Assembly (NCBI GenBank): GCA_041745895.1
Contig: JBGTIC010000438.1
Span: 1-55,023 of the forward strand
Direction of reading: 5' to 3'
Length of the DNA: 55,023 bases
Origin: Gammaproteobacteria bacterium
GTDB lineage: Bacteria > Pseudomonadota > Gammaproteobacteria > Steroidobacterales > PWYM01
Notes under the pieces: generated by a model
Told to the model about the DNA's origin: nothing
What the model saw: only the letters and a program-made list of their open reading frames with translations
Databases searched by the model: none
Position numbers and translations under genes: made by a program
Shown here: piece by piece, positions 18,956 to 29,116 of the stretch
How the letters are laid out: each line of letters begins with the position of its first letter
How positions within the stretch are numbered: position 1 is the stretch's first letter

Positions 18956-21900
18956 ATGACCGAAAATGCGACCACTGACGTCGATGCTGTTGTAGTCGGC
19001 GCGGGGTTCGCTGGACTGTACCAGCTGTACCGGCTCCGGAGAGCCGGCTTTCGTACGATCGTGCTCGAACATGCAGATGATGTGGGCGGCACCTGGTACT
19101 GGAACCGCTACCCCGGTGCGCGCTGCGACATCCTGAGTATCGACTACTCCTACAGCTGGGACCCCGACCTGGAGCAGGAATGGGCGTGGTCGGAGCGCTA
19201 CGCTACGCAGCCGGAGATCCTGCGTTACATCCAGTTCGTCGCGAACAAGCACGACCTGCGGCGCGATATCGTATTCAACACGCGCGTTGAGTCCGCCAAA
19301 TGGAATGACACCACCAGGCGTTGGTCGATCCGCACCAACACCGATGCCCGCTTCACTGCCCAGTTCTACGTGATGGCCACCGGATGCCTTTCGATTCCAA
19401 AGGTTCCCGACATCGAGGGGCTTAGCCGTTTCAAGGGAGAGGTGTATTTCACGAACAAGTGGCCACACGATGGGGTGGATTTCACGGGACAACGGGTCGC
19501 CGTCATTGGCACCGGATCGACGGCGATGCAGGCCATCCCCATGATCGCCGAACAGGCCGCGCACTTGACCGTGTTCCAGCGTACACCCAACTTCTCGCTG
19601 CCGGCGCACAACGGTCCAATCTCCGAAGAGCGTCTGGCGAAGTATCGCAAAGATCGACGCGAATACCGGCAAGCGGCGCGCTGGTCATTAGCCGGCGTGC
19701 CCCGAGTACGCCCTACCGAAGGCGCGCTCATGGTGTCCGAGGAGGAGCGCAACGCCCGTTACGAAGCCATGTGGGAGGCAGGCGAACTGCTGGGCGCCAG
19801 CGATACGTTCAATGATATCCGTACGAACCCTACGAGCAATGAAACCCTGCGTGATTTCATCCATAACAAAATCCGCGCAGTCGTCAAGGACGAAAAGGTT
19901 GCTGCGCTGTTATGCCCGAAAGACTACTACGTGGGCAGCAAACGTGTCTGCCTGGATACGAATTACCACGCGACCTTCAACCTGCCCCATGTTCGCCTGA
20001 TCGATCTGAAGTCACAACCGATCAAGACGATCACTGAGTCAGGCATCGACATCTCGACCGACACCGACGGGCAACACCTCGAGTTTGACGCCATCGTGTT
20101 CGCCACGGGGTTCGACGCGATGACAGGTGCCATCCTCGCTGTCGATTTGATCGGCCGCGATGGGATGACGCTGCGCGAAAAGTGGGCCACTGGCGCCGTC
20201 ACGTACCTCGGCATGATGACCACAGGATTCCCTAATCTTTTCATGATCACCGGCCCAGGAAGCCCATCGGTGTTCTCGAACATGGTGGTATCTATCGAGC
20301 AGCATGTCGAATGGGTCACGAGCGCGCTGGAGCACGTCAGCAAGAACGGATTCGACACGATTGAGCCCACCGAGCTGGCCGAGACGCATTGGGTCCGGCA
20401 CAGCAACGAGGTTGCCTCCCTGACACTGTTGCCAACCGGAAACTCCTGGTACATCGGCGCCAACATTCCGGGCAAGCCGAAGGTATTTCTGCCCTATCTG
20501 GGTGGGGTTGATCAGTATCGGGCTGCGTGCGACGAGGTTGTCGAGCGAGGCTACCTCGGGTTCGTTTTCGCCGGACCCGATGGCATTGTCGCCAACGACG
20601 GGGTCATCCGGGAGCTCAAGCCCGATGTCGCGAAGATGCTGCAGGCAACGGCCGAACTTGGCTTGCCACCGATCGAATCGATGTCTGTGGCCGAGGCTCG
20701 AGCATTCATGGAGGCCGCGGTTGCCAAGCGCCCACGCGGGCCCGAGGTGGGCCAGGTTGTCGACGACACGCTTCCGGGCGCCGATGGAAGTATATGCAGC
20801 TACCGGCTCTACCGGCCCGCTTCGCCCGGGCCGCACCCGATCGTCGTGTACTTCCACGCGGGTGGGTGGGTTCTGGGCAGCCACACGTCCGATGATGCTG
20901 TCTGTCGCGACCTGTGCGTGCGATCGGATGCCATCATCGTGTCGGTCGACTACCGGCACGCCCCAGACGCCCGGTTTCCGGCAGCGGCTGACGACGGACT
21001 CGCTGCAGTTGGGTGGATCGCCGAGAACGCCGGGAGACTCGGCGGTATGCCAGGTCAGCTGGCCGTGGCCGGCTTTAGCGCAGGCGGCACTCTGGCAGCG
21101 GTGACATGTCAGCAGGCGAGGCTCGCAGGCGGGCCATCGATCGCCGGACAGCTGCTGGTCAATCCTGTGACCGATTGCGACTTCACCACGTCATCGTACG
21201 TGGAGAACGCCGAAGGATACATCCTGACCAGACGACTGATGGAATGGTTCTGGGACCACTACTGCGATCCCGCCGAGCGTAACGACCCGAAAGCCTCACC
21301 ATTGCGGGCTGATGACCTGTCCGGTCTTCCACCGGCAATGGTCGTAACCTGTCAGTTCGACCCGCTACGCGACGAAGGCGAGGCTTACGCAAAGGCGCTG
21401 GCTGAGGCCGGTGTGCCTGTTCAACACCTGCGATGCGAGGGCCATACCCACACCTCGCTCGGCGCCGTCGGCGTGGTCGCCACAGGAGCCGACGCCCGCG
21501 AAGAGATGGCCAAGGCCTTGCGCTCGTTCTTCAACCCTCATCGGAACAGACCAATGAGTGAATTGCGTGAGGACGAACCGCCGATTGCGGTGATCGGGGC
21601 TGGTCTGGGTGGCTTGAGCGTGGCCATCGGATTACTCCAGAAGGGCTTTCGTGTGCGCATCTACGAGCAGGCTGACGCATTTGGCGAAGTGGGTGCCGGG
21701 ATCTCGATATCGCCGAATGCGAGCAAGATTTTCGCCGCCTGGGGACTGGATGAACGGCTGGCTGAGATTTCGTGTACACCGCTGGTCGGGACGGTACTCA
21801 ATGGGGTGACCGGCGAGGCGCTGCAAAGTCAGCCACTTGGCGATGCGTTGGAGCAGTTGTTCGGCTCGCCTTACTACCAGCTGCTGCGACCGCAGCTGCA

Positions 21901-22738
21901 TGCCATGCTGGTGGATGAGGTGCGCAGGCTCGATGCTGATGCGTTCCGACTCGGGCATCGCCTGGTGGATATCTCGGGTCCTGATGATGCGCCGGTGCTG
22001 GAATTTGCCGACGGTGCGACCGCTGAGGCGTCGCTGGTCATCGCCGCAGACGGTGCACGCTCCGTTGTGCGTTCGCGGCGGTTCGCGGATGAGCCGGCGC
22101 GCTTTACGCGTCATATTGCGTATCGCGGCGTGCTGCCTAGCGAGAACCTGCCTGACCGCTACCGTGAACCAAAAGCGATGGTCTGGCTGGGTGACCGCTG
22201 CCAGCTGGTCCATTATCCGGTGGCTGACTACGAGGCGGTGAATGTAGTGGCCTTCGTCAGTGATGTCGACTGGGATGTCGAGGGGTGGCACGAGCGCGCC
22301 GAGCTCAGTGAGCTGCAGGCTGCGTTCGCTGGGTTCTGTGATGAAGCCAAAGCCGTGCTCGATAACCTGGCGGGTCATGAACTGTTCAAGTGGGCGCTGT
22401 ACGATCGCGAGCCTGTCGATGAGTGGGCGCGTGGCCGGCTGGTGCTGATGGGGGATGCCGCGCATCCAATGCTGCCCTATCTGGGCCAGGGTGCGGCGAT
22501 GGCGATCGAGGACGCCTGGGTGCTGTCAAGCGTGCTGGCCAGTCACGAACGCCTCGATGAAGCGCTGATTGACTATCAGCAACGGCGCGTCGAGCGGGCA
22601 AAGTGGGTACTGCTGCAGTCACGCGAGCAGGGCAAGCGTTATCATGAACCCGGACAGGATTCACAACGGTTCGAGGGCGATGCGGTGATGCATACGCAGA
22701 AGCTGTTTTCGCCCGGGCCGACATCGCTCCTGACGTAG
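18956..22738 (+). CDS. Three-domain fusion: type I Baeyer-Villiger monooxygenase + HSL-family esterase + class A FAD-dependent hydroxylase
   Basis: One uninterrupted frame. BVMO, about nt 18956-20585: [52 protein letters not shown]. Esterase, about nt 20612-21538: YFHAGGW, GFSAGG, DPLRDEG, GHTH. Hydroxylase, nt 21554-22738: [44 protein letters not shown] 18956 is preceded by a G-rich RBS. Confidence 0.8.
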   Translation: MTENATTDVDAVVVGAGFAGLYQLYRLRRAGFRTIVLEHADDVGGTWYWNRYPGARCDILSIDYSYSWDPDLEQEWAWSERYATQPEILRYIQFVANKHDLRRDIVFNTRVESAKWNDTTRRWSIRTNTDARFTAQFYVMATGCLSIPKVPDIEGLSRFKGEVYFTNKWPHDGVDFTGQRVAVIGTGSTAMQAIPMIAEQAAHLTVFQRTPNFSLPAHNGPISEERLAKYRKDRREYRQAARWSLAGVPRVRPTEGALMVSEEERNARYEAMWEAGELLGASDTFNDIRTNPTSNETLRDFIHNKIRAVVKDEKVAALLCPKDYYVGSKRVCLDTNYHATFNLPHVRLIDLKSQPIKTITESGIDISTDTDGQHLEFDAIVFATGFDAMTGAILAVDLIGRDGMTLREKWATGAVTYLGMMTTGFPNLFMITGPGSPSVFSNMVVSIEQHVEWVTSALEHVSKNGFDTIEPTELAETHWVRHSNEVASLTLLPTGNSWYIGANIPGKPKVFLPYLGGVDQYRAACDEVVERGYLGFVFAGPDGIVANDGVIRELKPDVAKMLQATAELGLPPIESMSVAEARAFMEAAVAKRPRGPEVGQVVDDTLPGADGSICSYRLYRPASPGPHPIVVYFHAGGWVLGSHTSDDAVCRDLCVRSDAIIVSVDYRHAPDARFPAAADDGLAAVGWIAENAGRLGGMPGQLAVAGFSAGGTLAAVTCQQARLAGGPSIAGQLLVNPVTDCDFTTSSYVENAEGYILTRRLMEWFWDHYCDPAERNDPKASPLRADDLSGLPPAMVVTCQFDPLRDEGEAYAKALAEAGVPVQHLRCEGHTHTSLGAVGVVATGADAREEMAKALRSFFNPHRNRPMSELREDEPPIAVIGAGLGGLSVAIGLLQKGFRVRIYEQADAFGEVGAGISISPNASKIFAAWGLDERLAEISCTPLVGTVLNGVTGEALQSQPLGDALEQLFGSPYYQLLRPQLHAMLVDEVRRLDADAFRLGHRLVDISGPDDAPVLEFADGATAEASLVIAADGARSVVRSRRFADEPARFTRHIAYRGVLPSENLPDRYREPKAMVWLGDRCQLVHYPVADYEAVNVVAFVSDVDWDVEGWHERAELSELQAAFAGFCDEAKAVLDNLAGHELFKWALYDREPVDEWARGRLVLMGDAAHPMLPYLGQGAAMAIEDAWVLSSVLASHERLDEALIDYQQRRVERAKWVLLQSREQGKRYHEPGQDSQRFEGDAVMHTQKLFSPGPTSLLT

Positions 22739-22778
22739 TTCTCTCACAGGCAACTATCTGCACTTTCTGGAGGCATCA

Positions 22779-24011
22779 ATGGATGGCTTGACGCTCAACA
22801 CTTTTCAGCAGATCGATCACCCAGCGCTGCCCAAGACGAACCACGATGAACGTTCGCGGCAGGAGTTTTCCAAGAGTCTGAAGACCTGCATTCAGAAAAA
22901 GATTCTCCCGGGGCTGCAGACGGTTTATACGACCCGTGCCGCGAAGGCCTTCGAGAAGACCGAAGGGCGCGCCCCGGAGAATCGTCGCGATATCCGCAAG
23001 GCCATGGAGCGCGATCTCTACTTCCAGCACTACCTGTGCATCAATCGAGTCGCCCAGGAGCTGATATGGGAGTCGGTGATGACCTCCGTCGAACGTCAGC
23101 TGCCCGAGCTGATCGACACGGCGCGTGCGCTGTCGGCGAAGTCCAGGGCCACGCTTGAGATCGACCCTGCGTTCAAGCCGCCGCGCTACGCCACGGCCTT
23201 GGACATCCACTGCATGCCCGGCGGTTATGCCGACGAGTTCACCGAGGATGATGTGGCCGTGGCGGCGCTTTACGATCGCGGCGTATTTCTGTATGCCATG
23301 GGCTTCATCGGCCCGTACAACGACGATATGGGCCGCTCGGTGTGCAACTACCTGCAGCGCAACCTGCCCGATTTCAAGCCCAAGCGGATCCTCGACATGG
23401 GTTGCTCGGTCGGCCATTCCACCGTGCCCTACAAGGAGCGGTTTGCCGACGCGGAAGTCTATGGCCTGGACATTGGGGCCCCGCTGGTGCGATACGCTCA
23501 TGCGCGGGCAAAAGGACTGGGCCAGGAGGTGAACTTTGTACTCGGCAATGCCGAGGACACGACATTTAAGGACGAAAGCTTCGATCTGATCGTCAGCCAC
23601 ATCCTGCTGCACGAGACCTCCGGCAAGGCCATGCCGCGCATCTTCAAGGAGTGTTTTCGGCTGCTCAAGCCGGGTGGCTACATGATCCATGCCGACCTGC
23701 CGCCGTTTTCGAAGATGGACAACTTCGCGCAGTTCATCCTGGATCTGGAAACCTACTACAACAACGAACCGTTCTGGGGCGCGATGCGCGAGGCCGACCA
23801 GGCCGAGTTGGCGCGGGCGGCTGGCTTTCGTGGCGAAGACGTTTTCTCCGACACCGCACCGATGGCCATCATGGAAATGGCAGCTGCAGCGCAGGCCGGC
23901 AATCCTGAGGCGGCAATAGACACCCAGTCCGAAGAATTCAAGAGCGGTGAGTTTGCACCGACCAGCGGCTGGGAAGTGCTGATCGGACGCAAGCCGGAGG
24001 TGAAGCAATGA
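22779..24011 (+). CDS. Class I SAM-dependent methyltransferase with a ~190-aa N-terminal extension
   Basis: Motif I ILDMGCSVGHST, post-I YGLDIG, later LKPGGYMIHAD. RBS tGGAGGc lies 6 nt before the ATG. The equal-length antisense ORF is rejected. Confidence 0.8.
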   Translation: MDGLTLNTFQQIDHPALPKTNHDERSRQEFSKSLKTCIQKKILPGLQTVYTTRAAKAFEKTEGRAPENRRDIRKAMERDLYFQHYLCINRVAQELIWESVMTSVERQLPELIDTARALSAKSRATLEIDPAFKPPRYATALDIHCMPGGYADEFTEDDVAVAALYDRGVFLYAMGFIGPYNDDMGRSVCNYLQRNLPDFKPKRILDMGCSVGHSTVPYKERFADAEVYGLDIGAPLVRYAHARAKGLGQEVNFVLGNAEDTTFKDESFDLIVSHILLHETSGKAMPRIFKECFRLLKPGGYMIHADLPPFSKMDNFAQFILDLETYYNNEPFWGAMREADQAELARAAGFRGEDVFSDTAPMAIMEMAAAAQAGNPEAAIDTQSEEFKSGEFAPTSGWEVLIGRKPEVKQ

Positions 24012-24361
24012 GTGCGCAACTGAAAGTTCGCCGCGATGCGCGCGGCAAGCGTCCGCAGTTTTACGATGATCCCGCCAACGACACGCTGATGTCGATGGTC
24101 ATGGTGCTGGCCAGCGAGCTGTGCGTGACGCGCGATAGGCTCGACACCATCGAGCGTATCGCCGATGAGAAGAACCTGATCATTTCGCGTGAGATCGACA
24201 TGTTCAAGCTCGATCAGGAAGCGCTGGCCGAGCGCGAGCAGCGGCGTCAGGACTTCATGGACCGGATGTTCTATCTGCTTCGCAAGGACATCTCGGAGCT
24301 CCAGGAGCAGGACACCGGTGAGCGCTACACGCAGACCCTCGACGACATCGCGAAGAACTGA
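24008..24361 (+). CDS. Hypothetical 117-aa charged protein, translationally coupled to the methyltransferase
   Basis: ATGA start/stop overlap at 24008-24011. Coiled-coil-like Glu/Arg/Asp-rich sequence. No motif recognised. Confidence 0.5.
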   Translation: MSAQLKVRRDARGKRPQFYDDPANDTLMSMVMVLASELCVTRDRLDTIERIADEKNLIISREIDMFKLDQEALAEREQRRQDFMDRMFYLLRKDISELQEQDTGERYTQTLDDIAKN

Positions 24362-24434
24362 TTCACCAGTACCACTCAGACGTGCTGACCGAACGGCAGC
24401 TCAGTACCGAATAGGGAAACGTAGCTGACACGTC

Positions 24435-24471
24435 AAAAAAAGCAAGGTGGCTGACGCATGCGTCAACCACC
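24435..24471 (-). terminator. Rho-independent terminator of the TonB-dependent receptor gene
   Basis: Hairpin GGTGGCTGACGC-at-GCGTCAACCACC (one mismatch) at 24446-24471. On the minus strand it is followed by a T7 run (A7 at 24435-24441 on the plus strand). Lies about 25 nt past the stop at 24496. Confidence 0.7.
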
Positions 24472-24495
24472 CTGCCGTGACGCTCTTCCTGGTTT

Positions 24496-26865
24496 CTAGA
24501 ACCTGTATGTCGCGGTGACGCCAACCTGACGCTTGTTGGCGAGCACAGCCTCGGAGGCCGAGAGCTGGAAGAAGAACGGGTCGGTCGCACTGTCACTGTT
24601 ATAGCGCGAGGACTCCAGCGTGTCATCATCAAACAGGTTGTTCACGAACACTGTCACATCCCAGTTGTCGGCACGAATACCGCCGCGCAGGTTGGTGCGG
24701 ATCTGGCTGGGCACATACGCAAGATTGGCAATACTGTCCCACATGCGGCCACGATAGGTCACATCGGTACGCACAAACCAGCTGCGATCGCCCATCATCG
24801 GCGCCTCATAATCTGCATACGCCGCGGCACTGAACTCGGGCACCTGACCAAAATCGAATCCCTTGGCGTCCGTGATGCCGAAGAAGCGCAGCGGCAGCGT
24901 CTCGTTGAGCGCCTTGGTGATGTTGGTTTTGGCGTAGCCTGCGCTGCCGCCCACGGTGAGACGATCGGTCAGGCTGTACGCACCATCAAGCTCGATACCG
25001 CGAGTGTTGCTGTCGCCAGCTGCGAAGGGTACAGCGTTGAATGTTTCGCCAACCGGCGCTTGGCCAGGTTGGATGATACCGTCCCCGTTCAGATCCACCT
25101 GAACGGTGCGTGTACCCTGCCGGCCCACCCACTCGAGGTAATAGATGGCGGCATTGGCAAACCAGCGGCCATCCGCCGAGCGATGCTTGATGCCGATCTC
25201 GTAATTCTCCACCTCGGCTTCGGGCGCGGTGGGCACCACGCCGGCTGCCAGGGCAATCACCTGCTGTTCGGGAGTAAGCAGGAAGTACGTGGCGTAGCCT
25301 TGCGTGGGCTGGTTGCCCTGGGCGTAGTTGCCGTAAAGGTTGGTCTGATCCGAAAGCTCGTAGCGAAGGAGAAAGCGCGGAAGCGTCGCTGTAGTTTCGA
25401 CATCGAACACCGTCGGCAGACCAATACCACTGGTGATGGTGTCCTTCTGACGACGCGCTTCAACACTCAGGTTCAGCCGATCGGTGAAATCATAGCCGAC
25501 CTGCGCAAACACCGAGTCGGTCTTCGATGCGTTGCGCGCCGGAATCAGCGACGCAGGGTTGGCCGGCCCACCCTGTCCGGGGCCGAACAGCGTACCGAGG
25601 ATGAAGGCGCCAAGTGAGTCGTAGGTCTGTTCCAGACGAGCCACCCCGACCATATAGGTCAATGCTGAATCCTGCGGAGACGAAAGGCGAAGCTCATAGC
25701 TGTCTTGTTCCTGCGCGATTCTGATGAAGGCCCAGTAGCGGTCTTCGGGGGCGCGCTCGAAGTCAGCGAGTCTGCGAAGCTCGTAATCCTGCGTACTGAC
25801 CACTGCAGTGAGGGTATGACCGCTGGCGAACCCATAATCGGCAGACGCCGAGAGCAGCTGGTGATCATACTCCGCACGCGAGTCGGCGAAGGGAACACCA
25901 GGACTTACGTTGTCCGGGAGATCAACATTGATGCCAACCTGACCCGAGGGGGCCTGGAGTGGCCCGCAATATGACCGGCGCGCCTGCTCAAGGGTAAACC
26001 CGGCGGGCAGACCCCCAAGCGGGCGAGGCAGGAAACCCGGGAACGGGCCGCAGTTGTGCTCGGTAAACCGCGCGATCAGCGCCGTGGCCTCCGGGCCGTC
26101 CTTGTCGCTGCGATCGCTGAAGCGCACCCGCATGGAGAAGTTGTCGGTCGGCGTGAAGCTCAGGGTGCCCGCGTAGTAGAGCCCCTCGCTTTCGCCCAGA
26201 CGCCCGCCGAAGCTGTTCTTGTAGAAACCATCAAAGGTGTTGGCCTGCACCACCAGTCGGCCGGCCAGCACGTCCGCCCAGATTGGCCCTTCCACCGACA
26301 ACGAACCGCGGTAGTCGCCATAGGCCGCAGCCGTGCCGCTGACCCGGGCTTTAAACTCGTTACCCGGTGTCGTTGTGATCATACTGATCGCGCCGCCAAA
26401 GGTCGCTCGGCCAAACAGCGCCGACTGTGGCCCCTTGACGATCTCAACGCGCTCCAGATCCTCCACCCCGTAAGTCGTCGGTGAGCCCACAAGCGGCACG
26501 CCATCAAGAAACACTGTGACCAGATCCCGACGGTTGTCACCCTGAGGGCCGACCTGGTTCATACCGCGAACCGAGAAGCTGGAGGAACCCCGGTAAGTGT
26601 TGCTGTTGAGGTTTATGCCGGGCGTGAATTTTGTCAGATCTGCCATGTTCTGAACGCCGCGAACCTCAACCTGGTCTCCGCTGAACGCCAGGATGCTCAA
26701 AGGCGCGTCCTGAACCGTCTCCTCGCGCTTGCGCGCCGTGACAACGATCTCGTCGAGCATTCGCGCGCCGGTGCGCTCCTGCGCCTGGGCAAGCCCATGG
26801 CCTGCAACTCCCGTGGCGCAGATCAGACTGACCAGGCGCATACTGTTGGATTTTGATAACGACAT
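24496..26865 (-). CDS. TonB-dependent outer-membrane receptor
   Basis: Signal peptide. Plug DEIVVTARKREETVQDAPLSILAF and VEIVKGPQSALFGR. Long beta-barrel. C-terminal ...TATYRF. Confidence 0.9.
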   Translation of the reverse strand: MSLSKSNSMRLVSLICATGVAGHGLAQAQERTGARMLDEIVVTARKREETVQDAPLSILAFSGDQVEVRGVQNMADLTKFTPGINLNSNTYRGSSSFSVRGMNQVGPQGDNRRDLVTVFLDGVPLVGSPTTYGVEDLERVEIVKGPQSALFGRATFGGAISMITTTPGNEFKARVSGTAAAYGDYRGSLSVEGPIWADVLAGRLVVQANTFDGFYKNSFGGRLGESEGLYYAGTLSFTPTDNFSMRVRFSDRSDKDGPEATALIARFTEHNCGPFPGFLPRPLGGLPAGFTLEQARRSYCGPLQAPSGQVGINVDLPDNVSPGVPFADSRAEYDHQLLSASADYGFASGHTLTAVVSTQDYELRRLADFERAPEDRYWAFIRIAQEQDSYELRLSSPQDSALTYMVGVARLEQTYDSLGAFILGTLFGPGQGGPANPASLIPARNASKTDSVFAQVGYDFTDRLNLSVEARRQKDTITSGIGLPTVFDVETTATLPRFLLRYELSDQTNLYGNYAQGNQPTQGYATYFLLTPEQQVIALAAGVVPTAPEAEVENYEIGIKHRSADGRWFANAAIYYLEWVGRQGTRTVQVDLNGDGIIQPGQAPVGETFNAVPFAAGDSNTRGIELDGAYSLTDRLTVGGSAGYAKTNITKALNETLPLRFFGITDAKGFDFGQVPEFSAAAYADYEAPMMGDRSWFVRTDVTYRGRMWDSIANLAYVPSQIRTNLRGGIRADNWDVTVFVNNLFDDDTLESSRYNSDSATDPFFFQLSASEAVLANKRQVGVTATYRF

Positions 26866-27003
26866 CGTCTATTCCCCTGTTTCGTGTGCTTACGCACTGA
26901 TATTTGATTACTTGATACGCCCTGCCAGCCCCTCGGCGCTAAATCAATGCCTTGTTATCGCACGGGCAACATATCTGCACTAATGAATTCGGCTCCCTGA
27001 ATG

Positions 27004-27018
27004 ATGCGCAATGCGCAT
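27004..27018. promoter_or_regulatory. Perfect 7-1-7 palindrome ATGCGCA-A-TGCGCAT between the TBDR and LytTR genes
   Basis: Read directly. Candidate operator only. It overlaps the first ATG of the LytTR ORF. Confidence 0.3.
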
Positions 27019-28096
27019 GAGTTCCGGTAATGTAGTGAATTTACAACAATTGACGACGAGGGTTTTCTCGCGGGAGCCGTCGAGCCAGCCAAGTGGTTTT
27101 GACTTGATCGCAACCTGCCCCTATGTTCAGCGGGATGATGTGGCCATGGAAAACTTGATGCCCCCCAGCGTTTCTGCCGCCCTGCCCGCGGATGAATCGC
27201 GCCTGTCGCCGCAAACGCCGCTGCCTGGTTCGCCCGCCTGGTGGACGTTCTACTGGGTACTGCCGTTGATGATGGCGCTGCCTCTGGGTTGGTACAGGGC
27301 GGGCCTGGCCAGCGAAATGCCGTTTGCTGCGTCCATGATCCTTTGGATCTCGATCTGCCTGGTGTCATGGTGGATGTCCGATCTACTGGCGCGTCTGTTG
27401 GCAAGATGGTTTCGCGCTTGGTCGCCGGCGCCCTGGAGTTTGCTGATCGGCGGCTACCTGCTCAACCTGCTGGCCTCCAGCGTCTACAATCCGTGGGTGG
27501 TGGAGTTGCTGCTGCGGGCAGGCCTTGCCAGTCCCACGCCAATGTTCCATGCGTATTTTGAAATGGAACGTTCTCTGCTCGATCCCGGCTATCTCTGGCT
27601 GCTCGTACTGGCCGGGCTGCCAGGACTGGCTTGCTGGCTTGCCGGTAACTTCGCTCTCGAGGCGGTCTGTGGTGTGCCACGCTTTCGATCGGTGCCTGCA
27701 AGTCCCACGCGCCCGCCAATGACTGACGCAAAACAAAAGGCCTCCAGCGGAGAACCGGCGCCCGAGCATCCGCGATTTCTGGAGCGCCTGCGGCAACTTG
27801 AACAGGTTGGCGTCGACGAGCTCATTGCGGTCGAGGCCGCGGATCACTACATACAGGTGCACACGACGCGCGGGAAGGAACTGGTGCACTACCGCTTCGG
27901 CGACGCGCTCGCTGAACTTGAGCCGTTTCCCGGGCTGCAGATTCACCGCTCCGCGTGGGTCAGTGATCACGGTGTCAACCGCCTTGCCGAGTCCGGCAGC
28001 AGCCTGAGCGCAGTACTCATCACCGGCGAGCGACTGGCTGTCAGCCAGCCGAATCGCCGCAGTGCCAAAGCGCGCTTCACTCCGCGCAAGCGCTGA
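27011..28096 (+). CDS. Membrane-embedded LytTR-domain DNA-binding protein (no receiver domain)
   Basis: Several hydrophobic helices (WWTFYWVLPLMMALPLGW, ILWISICLVSWWMS, LLIGGYLLNLLASS, LWLLVLAGLPGLACWLAG). C-terminal LytTR signature LIAVEAADHYIQVHTTRGKELVHYRFGDALAELEP..LQIHRSAWV. Start uncertain (27011, or ATG 27146 giving MENLMPP). Confidence 0.75.
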   Translation: MRMSSGNVVNLQQLTTRVFSREPSSQPSGFDLIATCPYVQRDDVAMENLMPPSVSAALPADESRLSPQTPLPGSPAWWTFYWVLPLMMALPLGWYRAGLASEMPFAASMILWISICLVSWWMSDLLARLLARWFRAWSPAPWSLLIGGYLLNLLASSVYNPWVVELLLRAGLASPTPMFHAYFEMERSLLDPGYLWLLVLAGLPGLACWLAGNFALEAVCGVPRFRSVPASPTRPPMTDAKQKASSGEPAPEHPRFLERLRQLEQVGVDELIAVEAADHYIQVHTTRGKELVHYRFGDALAELEPFPGLQIHRSAWVSDHGVNRLAESGSSLSAVLITGERLAVSQPNRRSAKARFTPRKR

Positions 28097-28170
28097 CTCG
28101 CACGCATTGTCGTGAACCTTGACCGCCGCCGGTTGGCTCGCGGGCACGATCTCGTTATTCGAGTCTACGA

Positions 28171-29109
28171 TCACGCGGGCTTTCGCTCCCGCATGTAGCG
28201 AATCATGCTGGGCTCGCTGGGTCGCACTTCTGCAGGCGGGAACAGGAATTCCGGCAAGCGCTCGCGCACCACGGCGAGTATGTGTGGCGGCAGCTCGGCC
28301 GTCGTCTGCGCCGTTGCGGTCATGGCACTGTAGAGACAGTGGCCAGGGTGCTCTCCCATGAGCATCCAAGGCTGCCAAGGTCTCACGTGCACCCAGTGGC
28401 CTGAGTAATCGACACTGTCTCTGCGTGGGTCGGCAAGCTCGCTCCAGCTTGCGTGATAGCTGATCATGTCCGAGACCTGGATCTCCGCGCCGCTGCTTTC
28501 ACGCTTCCAGATCGCAGGATCCAGTGGGTTTCGCGCCCAGAAGTGTGCGCGCTGCTCAAGCAGCACGCGATCACCGGCGCGCTGCCAGGGCAACACGAAG
28601 GGCACTTCTGCCGGCGCCTTTGCTTCACCGTCGACGCGATCATAGAAGCGCTCCTGCTTCACGACCGGCAGTATCCATCGATTGACCGCCGGGTTGGCGA
28701 TGGGAAACGGCTCTACGATTTCATCGATGTAGGGATTGTGCCAGCGTTCAAGTACCTCGCCGGTATCAAGGTCGGTAAAGAATCCGCACTCCTTCTGCAG
28801 CAACTGATAACCACCCTGATCGGGCACGGCCACCAGCCGCTGCGAACTCATCCCGAAAATTCCCACCAGCTCGCGCACCGCAGCACCCGGCACGACGCCC
28901 ATCAGCACCCCTGTATACCAGCCGTGCTTGTACCCATCCGGCGCCAGCGTGGCCGTGAGCTTGGCCAGTGCGGTGACGTTGCCGGCCGCCGTTGTTAGAT
29001 CAAGCGCGTCGGCGGTCGGTGCTGTGCGCGCGCGCGCCGCGGAAGCCACCAGCGGGGCTTCGAGCAAGGCGGCCAGCCCGAAGCCGTGCAGAACGGTGCG
29101 TCGCTTCAT
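28171..29109 (-). CDS. D4: Tat-exported DUF1838-like family protein
   Basis: MKRRTVLHGFGLAALL. FTDLDTGEVLERWHNPYIDEIVEP. WQPWMLMGEHPGHCLY. ATG 29109 lies just after the upstream stop at 29117. Confidence 0.8.
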   Translation of the reverse strand: MKRRTVLHGFGLAALLEAPLVASAARARTAPTADALDLTTAAGNVTALAKLTATLAPDGYKHGWYTGVLMGVVPGAAVRELVGIFGMSSQRLVAVPDQGGYQLLQKECGFFTDLDTGEVLERWHNPYIDEIVEPFPIANPAVNRWILPVVKQERFYDRVDGEAKAPAEVPFVLPWQRAGDRVLLEQRAHFWARNPLDPAIWKRESSGAEIQVSDMISYHASWSELADPRRDSVDYSGHWVHVRPWQPWMLMGEHPGHCLYSAMTATAQTTAELPPHILAVVRERLPEFLFPPAEVRPSEPSMIRYMRERKPA

Positions 29110-29116
29110 GTTCGCG

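Noticed and set aside
22776-24008. 410-aa ORF on the minus strand that exactly mirrors the methyltransferase gene
   Set aside because: The plus-strand frame has clear SAM-methyltransferase motifs and an RBS. The minus-strand product is Arg/Leu/Gly/His-rich with no motif. This is a typical antisense shadow ORF in GC-rich DNA.
27383-28378. 331-aa minus-strand ORF antisense to the LytTR gene and overlapping D4
   Set aside because: The LytTR signature is on the plus strand. The ORF runs through the convergent intergenic region. Shadow ORF.
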